A stretch of 64,000 nt of DNA, taken from Candidatus Saccharimonadales bacterium (GTDB lineage: Bacteria > Patescibacteriota > Saccharimonadia > Saccharimonadales > JAYRRP01). Positions within the stretch are counted from its first letter, which is position 1. Every line of letters starts with the position of its first letter. The position numbers were made by a program, and so were the translations under genes. Of this stretch, positions 17,453 through 26,400 are shown one piece after another. The DNA is taken from assembly GCA_041906765.1 (NCBI GenBank), contig JAYRIP010000008.1:2898-66897 (forward strand). Direction: 5' to 3'. The notes beneath the pieces were generated by a model, which ran no database searches, was not told the origin of the DNA, and was given only the letters and a program-made list of their open reading frames with translations.

Positions 17453-17519
17453 GATACCCATACGCCCTCCTATTGGGGTTGAGACAACAGAATTACCTGT
17501 GCCAAATAACGAAGAATAG

Positions 17520-18149
17520 TTATTGGCGTTCGAGCACGATCATCTGCGTGGTATCGCCGATGAGGTCAGTTGTCTTCATCTTGAGCTTACTTGCTGTCTC
17601 TTTCGGCTCCATGGACATTTCCTTCAGAGCAGCTGGTAATGCCACAGGCGGCACAGGGAAACGCATCTGGTCGTCAGCATAATAGGTTGGAATAATAATC
17701 TTTGGTTCAATCTTTTTAATAACTTGCAGCGCACCAACCGCATCAAGGGTGAAACCACTACCACCCACTGGCACAAACAGAAGGTCAATCGTACCCATAG
17801 CTTCGAGCTGTGCTTCGCTGAGTTCAGGATAGATATGTCCGGTGACCCCAATACGCATATCATCAGCAATGATCCGATACATGGTAGCGGATTGCTGGCC
17901 CGGCTCGTCAATATGAGCACGAGCGGCAATCCCCCGTACTGAGACGTCAGACACCTCATATTCACCTGGCTGGTCAATAACTAATTTGACCGTAGCTTTT
18001 GGCGAGGCATGTGAGCCAGTAAAAATTGCGATCTCGTCTTTTTTGGCTTGCGACGGGCGACCAAGTTCATCGAGGTTGTCATCAATTATTACCGAGGCTC
18101 GCTTGGTAATTATGCGGACACAGTTTGCACCGTAGTATTGTACTTCCAT
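17520..18149 (-). CDS. metallo-beta-lactamase-fold hydrolase (UPF0173-like)
   Basis: 209 aa. MEVQYYGANCVRIITK...DLLFVPVGG resembles the MBL-superfamily metal-dependent hydrolase pattern. Confidence 0.65.
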   Translation of the reverse strand: MEVQYYGANCVRIITKRASVIIDDNLDELGRPSQAKKDEIAIFTGSHASPKATVKLVIDQPGEYEVSDVSVRGIAARAHIDEPGQQSATMYRIIADDMRIGVTGHIYPELSEAQLEAMGTIDLLFVPVGGSGFTLDAVGALQVIKKIEPKIIIPTYYADDQMRFPVPPVALPAALKEMSMEPKETASKLKMKTTDLIGDTTQMIVLERQ

Positions 18150-18152
18150 TTG

Positions 18153-18776
18153 TTATTCCTTATTTTTTCCACCCTTTTTATCTGGACTAAGCAAACCTTT
18201 TTTATCAATCAGTATTTGTTTTTTAGCAGCCAGCACGTTACTTAAAAATTTGTCATTGACCTGTTGACGGTAATGAAACTCATCAAGTGCCATCACAGTA
18301 TAGCGCACTTCCTTACCCTCTTTTGTCTCCAGCTCATTGATAAACTTTGTAAGTTTTGTGGGATTGGTATCGCCCACTATCAGGAGATCGATACCACTGG
18401 TTTCATCTCGAGTAAACTGACCGGTATAGAGGGCCATTTCGACGTTACCGATTACGTTTATCTCTTCATTGGGTTGCACGGGTAATACAGCCTTCTTGGA
18501 TTTGGCCGCCGGCTTGGCGCCTCCAAAGATCTCTGATAGCGGTTGGTAAAACTCATACTTCTGGTTCACTTCGTAATATAAACGGTTGTTGTTGGTATCC
18601 GAGGAAATGATACCAACGCTCAGCAAGTTGGCCAGCTCCCGACGGACTGAGTTGATCTGTTCGTCTATCTTGCGCGTAATCTCCCGAACATAGAAAGAGC
18701 GGTTAGGATTCCTATAAAAAAGCTGTAGCAATTTTACCCTGGTTTTCGAGCCGAAGAGTTGCTCAATCATACTCAC
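18153..18776 (-). CDS. winged-helix transcriptional regulator-like protein
   Basis: 207 aa. The N-terminus FGSKTRVKLLQLFYRNPNRSFYVREITRKIDEQINSVRRELANL is typical of ArsR/MarR-like wHTH proteins common in reduced genomes. Confidence 0.6.
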   Translation of the reverse strand: MSMIEQLFGSKTRVKLLQLFYRNPNRSFYVREITRKIDEQINSVRRELANLLSVGIISSDTNNNRLYYEVNQKYEFYQPLSEIFGGAKPAAKSKKAVLPVQPNEEINVIGNVEMALYTGQFTRDETSGIDLLIVGDTNPTKLTKFINELETKEGKEVRYTVMALDEFHYRQQVNDKFLSNVLAAKKQILIDKKGLLSPDKKGGKNKE

Positions 18777-18804
18777 ATTGTAGCAGATAGCCCAATGAAA
18801 CTAT

Positions 18805-19578
18805 CTATAAATTGTTCAAAAACGTTGTGACTATATCTACAGATTCCTTGGGGTCGTTCACCCAGTGAATACTTTTGTTTCGCTTAAACCAAGTGCGCTG
18901 TTTCTTGGCTAATTTTAAGTCTGCACGAGCGAACAACAACCGTGCAGTTTCCAGGTCATACTCACCAAACACATAGCCCCTTGTTGCAGCGTAAGCAGGT
19001 GCGCGCATCGGTTCAACTCCCCATCCATATTTACTGCCAAGTGCACGCGCCTCGGCCTCTAACCCAGCCTGGAGCATGCTATCAACTCGCTCTTCGATCC
19101 GTTTTTTTAACTTTTCTCTGTTTATATCAAGTCCAACAATGATAGTCTTCGGCCGAAGGGTACTTTTGTGCTGAGACACTTCTTTGTCCAGATGACGAGG
19201 ATTATGAGGGTCACGAGGCGCTTTACGAGGCGCAAACTTGTAGTCAAATAACACGGCGTCAATATATAGCCCGCTTCCCCCCACCATAATTGGCAACTTT
19301 CCTCTGTCGTGGATATCTTCTATCGAGGTTAACGCGAGTCGTTTGAAATCAGCTACAGTGAATGCCTGATTCGGTTCAGCAACATCGAGCAAGTGATGAG
19401 GTATATGTTTTTGCTCTTCTATTGATGGCTTGGCGGTGCCAATATCCATACCCTTGTAAACAGTTCGCGAGTCCGCACATAGTATCTCGCCGTTAAACTT
19501 CTCAGCCAGTTTAATAGCCAACGCTGTTTTACCCGAAGCGGTTGGGCCCACAATCACTACAAGCGGTCCGGTGCCCAT
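18805..19578 (-). CDS. miaA: tRNA dimethylallyltransferase
   Basis: 257 aa with P-loop VIVGPTASGKTALAIKLA and CADSRTVYKGMDIGTAKP. Confidence 0.9.
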   Translation of the reverse strand: MGTGPLVVIVGPTASGKTALAIKLAEKFNGEILCADSRTVYKGMDIGTAKPSIEEQKHIPHHLLDVAEPNQAFTVADFKRLALTSIEDIHDRGKLPIMVGGSGLYIDAVLFDYKFAPRKAPRDPHNPRHLDKEVSQHKSTLRPKTIIVGLDINREKLKKRIEERVDSMLQAGLEAEARALGSKYGWGVEPMRAPAYAATRGYVFGEYDLETARLLFARADLKLAKKQRTWFKRNKSIHWVNDPKESVDIVTTFLNNL

Positions 19579-19907
19579 AGCAGTTCCTCTATCTTCACCA
19601 TATAATTCTCATCTACTTTCACGCCTTCTGCTTCTAAGTGCGCTTTGTGGCCTCTTCGACCGCCTGGGTAGCCTGATGCTAAGCCGCCTCGTTTGTTCAC
19701 CACTCGCTGCCAGGGTAAAGCTGTATCGCCAAAATGAGCGATACCGCCCACAATCCGCGCTGCTCGAGCATTTCCGCAGATGGCTGCAATCTGGCCATAC
19801 GTCATGACTCGCCCCTCGGGTATTAGTGCCACCAGGGCTTCTACCCGCTCACGAAAATTACGGTCTGCTAACACCAAAATGCTCCAACACGCCATCCCAA
19901 TTTTCAT
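19557..19907 (-). CDS. alkyltransferase-like (ATL) / MGMT DNA-binding-domain protein lacking the acceptor cysteine
   Basis: 116 aa. IPEGRVMTYGQIA...LPWQRVVN replaces the PCHRV active site with PWQRV. Confidence 0.75.
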   Translation of the reverse strand: MKIGMACWSILVLADRNFRERVEALVALIPEGRVMTYGQIAAICGNARAARIVGGIAHFGDTALPWQRVVNKRGGLASGYPGGRRGHKAHLEAEGVKVDENYMVKIEELLWAPDRL

Positions 19908-20463
19908 ACCGTACTACCCCATTCGGTAACTCATCGGCCTGATTCCAGGGATAGTCACCGAACAATATACCTTGTATACCCGTCCGTGCGCACTCAGCAA
20001 CATGTGTAATTGAATCATCCACCAGAGCAATCGCCCCGAGCTCATGACAAACTTCGGCTTTTGTTCGTAAAATATCTATCCCCGTATCATGACGACCAAG
20101 AAGAGCAATATCAGTAATCACACCCCCGAAGTGTTGCAAAAGGTATTGTACAGTGGGATCCTCAAACTGGGGGTGACGAGCGGTAATCGCTACAATTTCA
20201 TATTGTTTTTCTAGCCTGGCAATTGCTTCTTGCGCTTCTCCAAGAGGAGGAACGGCCAAGTGGCTGTGCTCAGCACCAAAGAAAGTGTGCACCCTATGGA
20301 CAGCTTCTTTTACCGACACCTCAAGTACACCCGAGAATTCATAGGAGACAAAATCTCTGGTCTTTAGCTCAGTTCCGTACTCTGTGTTGTGCCATACCGC
20401 AAACTCATCGACAAACGGGAAAAGTACCTCATCAATATCCGTGGCAATCACCTCTTTACTCAT
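19858..20463 (-). CDS. HAD-superfamily hydrolase, 5'(3')-deoxyribonucleotidase-like
   Basis: 201 aa. It has the N-terminal DxDxV motif (ATDIDEVLFPF) and a later VDDS motif. Confidence 0.65.
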   Translation of the reverse strand: MSKEVIATDIDEVLFPFVDEFAVWHNTEYGTELKTRDFVSYEFSGVLEVSVKEAVHRVHTFFGAEHSHLAVPPLGEAQEAIARLEKQYEIVAITARHPQFEDPTVQYLLQHFGGVITDIALLGRHDTGIDILRTKAEVCHELGAIALVDDSITHVAECARTGIQGILFGDYPWNQADELPNGVVRYENWDGVLEHFGVSRP

Positions 20464-20483
20464 AGGGTCATAATAGCACAGGG

Positions 20484-22340
20484 CTAAAATGAGATTTGGC
20501 GGGTACGAGACTTTGCTTCATTGGAGACTTTTTGTAGAAAGTCAGCAATATCATGGCTCTCGTGTGGGTTTTGTGCCTGTAAATCGCTACGCAGGCGTGG
20601 CACAACCTGACCAGAGATAATTTCTTTTTCTCCTACGACAATCGTATATGGCACCTTCATTACCTCAGCATTACGAATTTTTTTGCCGACAGATTCATTG
20701 TCGTTGTCTAGGTGTACCCGCAAGTCGAGTTCCTGCGCCTGTTCTACCACCTTATTAGCAAACGCAAGTGTTGCTTCCTCCTGATTGACGGTAATAATAC
20801 GGATTTGTTCCGGCGCTAGCCAAACCGGAAACTTTCCGGCAGTGTGTTCAATATATACCGACAAAAACCGCTCAAAAGATCCAAGCAGTGCTTTGTGTAT
20901 CATGACAGGCTGCTGTTCTTTTCCTTGATCATCTACGTAGATTAGGCCAAACCGCTGCGGTTGCACAAAGTCCAGTTGTTCAGTCGCGCATTGCCACTCG
21001 CGGCCCAGCGCATCAGTCACCAATATGTCAATTTTTGGCCCGTAAAACGCTGCTTCACCCTTCGCTACAAAGTATTCGAGCCCTAGCTTTTTAGCTACCG
21101 TCTCAATAGTATCCTGTGCTCTTTGCCACACCTCGGGATCACCTAGGTAATCATCCGATTCATCCCTAAAAGACAGGCGTGCCTGAAACTTCATATCAAA
21201 CACCGTATACATCTCCTTGATCATATTCATGATAGTGGTAAATTCTGCCTCAATCTGGTCAAGTCGGCAAAAAATATGCGCATCATCGATAGAAATTGCC
21301 CGCACGCGTGAGAGTCCGTTAAGTTCGCCCTTTTTCTCGTCACGATACTGGACAGTCGACTCCATATAACGGATAGGCAGATCACGGTAGCTCCTGGGAC
21401 GCGAGGCATAAATTTGAATATGATGTGGGCAGTTCATCGGTTTTAGTACAAATTGGTCGTTCGTTTCCTGGCTCTTGACCAAAAATAATTCCGTACCAAA
21501 CTTGTCCCAGTGCCCAGACTTTTCATATAACACCTGCTTGGTGATGTGAGGAATAAATACTTTCTGAAAACCGTTTTTCTTTTGAAGTTCTTCAGAGAAG
21601 CCAAGTAGTTCATCGCGTAAGATAGTGCCCCTAGGAGTGAATAGTGGCAGACCCGCACCAACTACTTCTGAAAAGGTAAACAAGTCCAGGTCCTGGCCGA
21701 GCTTGCGGTGGTCGCGTTTTTTGGCTTCTTCAAGCATTTTCAGATGGCGATCAAGCTCCTCTTGAGTAGCGAACGCAACACCATACACCCGTTGCATTTG
21801 CGGCTTTTTCTCATCACCGCGCCAATAAGCACCTGAAACACGTATAAGTTTAAATGCCCCGATTTTACCAGTCGATGCAACATGTGGCCCCCGACAGAGG
21901 TCAACAAAATCGCCGTTTTGGTAAAAAGAAACCTGTTCAACCGCACTATCCCCTTCAGTAAGGGTACCGAGTTCAGCCGGATCCAGGTCTTTCTCGAGCG
22001 TGGTGCCAGCTCGTTTGAGGTCGTTTAATAGTTCTAATTTATAGGGCTGGTTAGTCTCCTGCGCCCAAGCAATAGCTTCATCAATGGGTTTTTCACTGCG
22101 GACAAAGGGCTGGTCTGCGGCATTAATCTGCTTCATTTCAGCCTCAATGCGCTCAAAGTCTTCCTCTGATACACTTGACTCCCCTAAGTCTATATCATAG
22201 TAAAATCCATGCTCCACCACTGGGCCCACACCAAATTTGGCCTGTGGCCATAGTCTCTGCACGGCCGAAGCCAGTACATGTGCTGCACTATGGCGCATAG
22301 CATGGAGTTCATTGTGATTATCCATATCATCAGCTCCCAT
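20484..22340 (-). CDS. thrS: threonine--tRNA ligase (no TGS domain)
   Basis: 618 aa with HSAAHVLA (editing/SAD domain), class II motifs (FRDE, GLSRVRAISIDDAH) and the anticodon-binding C-terminal domain. The more likely start is the Met at 22325 (MDNHNE), where GGGAG lies 8 nt upstream. Confidence 0.95.
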   Translation of the reverse strand: MGADDMDNHNELHAMRHSAAHVLASAVQRLWPQAKFGVGPVVEHGFYYDIDLGESSVSEEDFERIEAEMKQINAADQPFVRSEKPIDEAIAWAQETNQPYKLELLNDLKRAGTTLEKDLDPAELGTLTEGDSAVEQVSFYQNGDFVDLCRGPHVASTGKIGAFKLIRVSGAYWRGDEKKPQMQRVYGVAFATQEELDRHLKMLEEAKKRDHRKLGQDLDLFTFSEVVGAGLPLFTPRGTILRDELLGFSEELQKKNGFQKVFIPHITKQVLYEKSGHWDKFGTELFLVKSQETNDQFVLKPMNCPHHIQIYASRPRSYRDLPIRYMESTVQYRDEKKGELNGLSRVRAISIDDAHIFCRLDQIEAEFTTIMNMIKEMYTVFDMKFQARLSFRDESDDYLGDPEVWQRAQDTIETVAKKLGLEYFVAKGEAAFYGPKIDILVTDALGREWQCATEQLDFVQPQRFGLIYVDDQGKEQQPVMIHKALLGSFERFLSVYIEHTAGKFPVWLAPEQIRIITVNQEEATLAFANKVVEQAQELDLRVHLDNDNESVGKKIRNAEVMKVPYTIVVGEKEIISGQVVPRLRSDLQAQNPHESHDIADFLQKVSNEAKSRTRQISF

Positions 22341-22400
22341 TACTTCTCATCATATCACTCCCCACCTAGCAGCCAAAACAGTGTTCTCACTTTAAGGTCG

Positions 22401-22444
22401 CAAAATAAAAACTGGTTAAACACTCTCGCATTATGTTTAACCGG
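22401..22444 (-). terminator. intrinsic terminator inside the thrS leader (candidate attenuator)
   Basis: Minus sense: CCGGUUAAACA-11-nt loop-UGUUUAACCAG followed by UUUUUAUUUUG, ~60 nt upstream of the thrS start. Confidence 0.6.
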
Positions 22445-22674
22445 TTCGTTCGAGCAAACAGCTCGCAAAACTCACCTGACAACAACCATCATAGCAGTAT
22501 TGGTAATATATGGCTAGTACTTAAGTATTGTTTTTTGTACAAAGCAGCTGGGTATAAGTGATATATCACACATGACATATTATGTCACATTACATAGAGA
22601 AATCTTTCCCCTCTACTTGACGTCTTCTTTGAGTTATTGTATTTTATCTATACAAAATTAGTAAGGACTGATCG

Positions 22675-23004
22675 ATGACGAACAGGATGAGTGAGCTCGC
22701 TAATAAAATCTATGAACAACACATTATCGAAGATGTGGGCCTAGAGAACTCCTACAGGCAACAATTGCCTCTCCTTTCCCTCGAGGAAAGGGTTGCCTTG
22801 TTGGAAGAAGTTGTAACCCTCTCTAATCCGATCGATGAACTTGACGAAGCCGAACAGCATCGATTCGACACTGTTACAGGTTTATTAGGCAAAGAAACTC
22901 TCCATCATGCCTCAGTAGATTACTACTTGAATGCAGAAACTGATAAGAAAACTACCCAATATATAGGCGACAAAGAAACGAATAAACTACGAGACCTCAA
23001 ATAA
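22675..23004 (+). CDS. hypothetical acidic protein
   Basis: 109-aa ORF in its own intergenic island. I recognise no motif. Confidence 0.4.
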   Translation: MTNRMSELANKIYEQHIIEDVGLENSYRQQLPLLSLEERVALLEEVVTLSNPIDELDEAEQHRFDTVTGLLGKETLHHASVDYYLNAETDKKTTQYIGDKETNKLRDLK

Positions 23005-23028
23005 AGGTAAAAAAGTAACTTATTATAA

Positions 23029-23466
23029 CTACTGCTCTTCGTAAACAGGGGCAATATTCACTATCTTGTTGTTCTTCGCATCCAGAAGATATGCTACTGA
23101 CCGGTATTTCACCACTACATCCCCGTTTTTGGCTTGTTTATAAAAACCGCTGTTCTGTTGACGAGCCTTGTCGGCATCAGAAACAATTGCAATAGTTGGC
23201 TTTTCTTTTTCGGGTGGATACGTTAAGTGTTGCAGCTGCTTTACATACTGCTTCTCTTCATCCTGCTGGATAGCCTTTGGGTTGGACTTATGGATATTGT
23301 TTTGGTGTTGCAGGCGAAAGAAGTTGATAACTACTGCGAGCACCACCATACCAGCTACCGCCATCAACCCAATCTGTAGCCTACGGTTCGTTATCACCTG
23401 CCGCCAGCTGCGTTTGGCTGTGCCCTTAAGGTCAGCTTTGCGTAACAAGGAAGTCACTTTCTTCAC
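23029..23466 (-). CDS. hypothetical membrane-anchored protein
   Basis: 145 aa with a single N-terminal TM (LQIGLMAVAGMVVLAVVINFF). It lies downstream of the giant gene. Confidence 0.5.
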   Translation of the reverse strand: MKKVTSLLRKADLKGTAKRSWRQVITNRRLQIGLMAVAGMVVLAVVINFFRLQHQNNIHKSNPKAIQQDEEKQYVKQLQHLTYPPEKEKPTIAIVSDADKARQQNSGFYKQAKNGDVVVKYRSVAYLLDAKNNKIVNIAPVYEEQ

Positions 23467-23481
23467 CTCTACCCTTTTTCT

Positions 23482-26400
23482 CTAATTTGTAACCTGATTG
23501 TCTTTACTATTATACGACTGTGTATCTTTGATTTGGAGTGCAGTCCAGCTGAACTCAACTTTTTTGTCGAGTGGTTGATCGAGTTTTATCACAAAGCCAT
23601 CAGGGGTTTCATCTTCTACGTGGTACTGAGCCGGGCTCTTAGGTGAGACTGACACGACTGGCTTATCTGAGTAGGGCTTTTTATATTTTATCTTCACCTT
23701 TTGGTCTCCCGCTTCAACGACTGCGTAGCCAGCAAAGTCCTGATCTTCATACCAGAGTCTTCCCTTAAATGTTACGTCGTCATGGAAGATTACTTTGCCA
23801 ATGAAGTTAATATTCTTCAAAAAGCGCCAACCGCCATCTGCTGTCACACTAAAGGCATCCAAGAGGGATATTTTGCCGTCGCGCAGGGCAAGCTCATACT
23901 TATCCTGGTCGGGCAGAATTTCCCCGCGCGCAGACACGCTGTTGGTTACAAAGACCTCTATACTCGTTTTATCCGATCCCTTCTCCCAGCTCTCCAGCGC
24001 CTTGGCAATAATAAATCCGTTGTTTTGATCCTTGACTGCCATACCTGGTCTAGGGCTTGCCGTCAGTAAATCGCCCGGTTTAATGGGTTCAGAGTTAGGA
24101 TCAATGCGCACCGGAACACGTCCAGCCAGAGCCACCGGAACAGATTGCGCACCGGTTGATTCATCAAATTCTTCTTTTTGCGAGAGGCGGAAAGCCGGAT
24201 GGGTGGAGTATATACCCAACAGACGTAAACCATCACCTTTTGAAAGATCCGCTCGGCGCACATAGGCAGTCGGCTTATCGGGATCTATGGCAACTACATC
24301 ACCCGGTTTTAGCTCATCATCATTTGTTTGATAGTCCTCGGCAATATCGTAGGCACCCGCCGAAGTGGTAAGCCCGTGAGATAGTAAGAATTGACCGGTG
24401 CTTGAACTATTGCCGCCCGCCTGCGGACTACTTATAAAGCTGAAACTTCCGATATTATCATAGCTTCCGTCACTGCCGCTAGAGAAGTTTAAGCCATAAC
24501 TTTGTGAGGCATTTTTTGTAATTGAGAACACGTATCCGTTAGCTGGAGCAGAATTACCAAGAAACAATTTGTCATTATATTGCGCCATAAACAATATACC
24601 ATCCACTCCTGTCACATTGTTCGTGCCTGATGCACCTCCAAAGTTACCTTCGCCTTGTGTACCGATAATGGACCAACTGCGATTACTGCTTGAATTACTA
24701 TCGACATCTTTGAATTGATACACCGCCGCAAGACCAGAACCTGTGGTATCACCAGTCGTAGAATTGTTATTGTCAGAAGCGGCAAGCAACATACCGTTAT
24801 ACACCCTTAATGCGCCTATACGGTCTACTCCCGTAGTACCAGCTGAAGATATTTGACCCAATCCATAGGATATACGCTCAAATGACCCAGTACCACTGGC
24901 GCCACCGCTTGGTGAGCGATAACGATAAATTTCGGCTTTGTCTCTGCTACCAGCCGCCGTTTGGGCACTGCCGGTTCCCAGTATCAAGGCACCGTTATAA
25001 ACAGTCATCGCAGTGACGCCGTCAATTGAAGCTGTTGACTGGAAGGTACCCCTTGTTCCATTCACCATACTCCACGAACCACCATCGAAGTAATAAAGTG
25101 CGGCATGTCCAGTGGCCGCATCAATACCGGTCTGCGACGCTGCATAAAGCCGGTTAGCATAGTTAATGAGTTGCAAAGAATCAATCTCAGCCGAATCAGA
25201 ACCGATCACCTTGCCGGCAGTTGAATCCGAGATTTTTGTGAACACTGCCGCCCCTTCGCCACCCTCATATCGATACACTTCTGCAGCGTTATTCTTTTTT
25301 GTAGCCACATATAGCTGGCCACCTACCACAGACATACTTGATATGCCATCAATACCGGTAGTAACTCCATCGAGACTGCCAAGGGTCGTATTGACCTGTT
25401 TCCAAGTAGAGCCATTATAGTAAAATATCCCGCCTTTGCCTTGGCCTGACCCAGTATCAGTACCAACGAATAATTTGTTGTCATACACTTTCATTGCCTG
25501 AACCTGGTCAACGAACTGATTACCACTATAACTTTCGTTACTTATTACACCTGCCGCTGAGCTTACTCTTGTCCAACCATCGTAGCTACCTGTATATTTA
25601 TATATCTCTGAGGAGTCAGTCACTTTGGTAGCGGCATAAAAGCTGCCATTATAGACGACGCCAGAAGCATAGCCATCCAAAACATCAGTAGCTTTATAAT
25701 TCTTTGCCGCCCAAAAATGGTAATTATCAGAAGGAGCCAGACCATCATCATAGTTTGCATAATTATTTGTTCCTACTGAAAATCCCGGACTCAAAAAACC
25801 AGTAATAGCATTGGTAAATGGATAACAGGCGAAAGGAGAATTGACACATTGGTCACCGGGTGAAGGATTATTATCTACTGAGTTGCCTTGTATATGGTTG
25901 GATTCATTCGCACCCATACCGGTCATCCTGTACTGGGCTGCGCCAGAGGTACCAAATGTACCATTATCAACTTTTGTGTATACAAAGTCTGGCTGGAATG
26001 ATATGCCTTTTATGACATTTGCATTACCAGTGGTGATATTCTGCGGGCTGTTGGTACCGATATATTGCCCTTGCTCCAGGTAGCCGGTATATTCCTTGAA
26101 AGCAATGTAGTAATACGTGTAATTTCCTGGGGTTGCCAGTGCATTCGTGACATTATTATTGCCTACTACGAATTTTCCGTTACCCAAGCTCGTAATAGCA
26201 TCCGATATAAATGAGCCGCTCTGAGCCATCGAAGAACCGGAACTCTGGGACTGCATTTGGGTTGTTGTCCATACGGTAGATAAATCTCCAGAAATCCCTC
26301 CGCTCCTCAAAATCATTACCATATCCGGTTTCCAAGTATAGGTGCCCGAACACGTCGGTGGAGTACCCCCGTTAATACAGACCGTACGACTGCCGCTGAC

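Noticed and set aside
22341-22674. T-box riboswitch upstream of thrS
   Set aside because: I could not find the conserved T-box 14-mer (AGGGUGGNACCGCG-like) or a stem I/specifier architecture. Only the terminator is reported.
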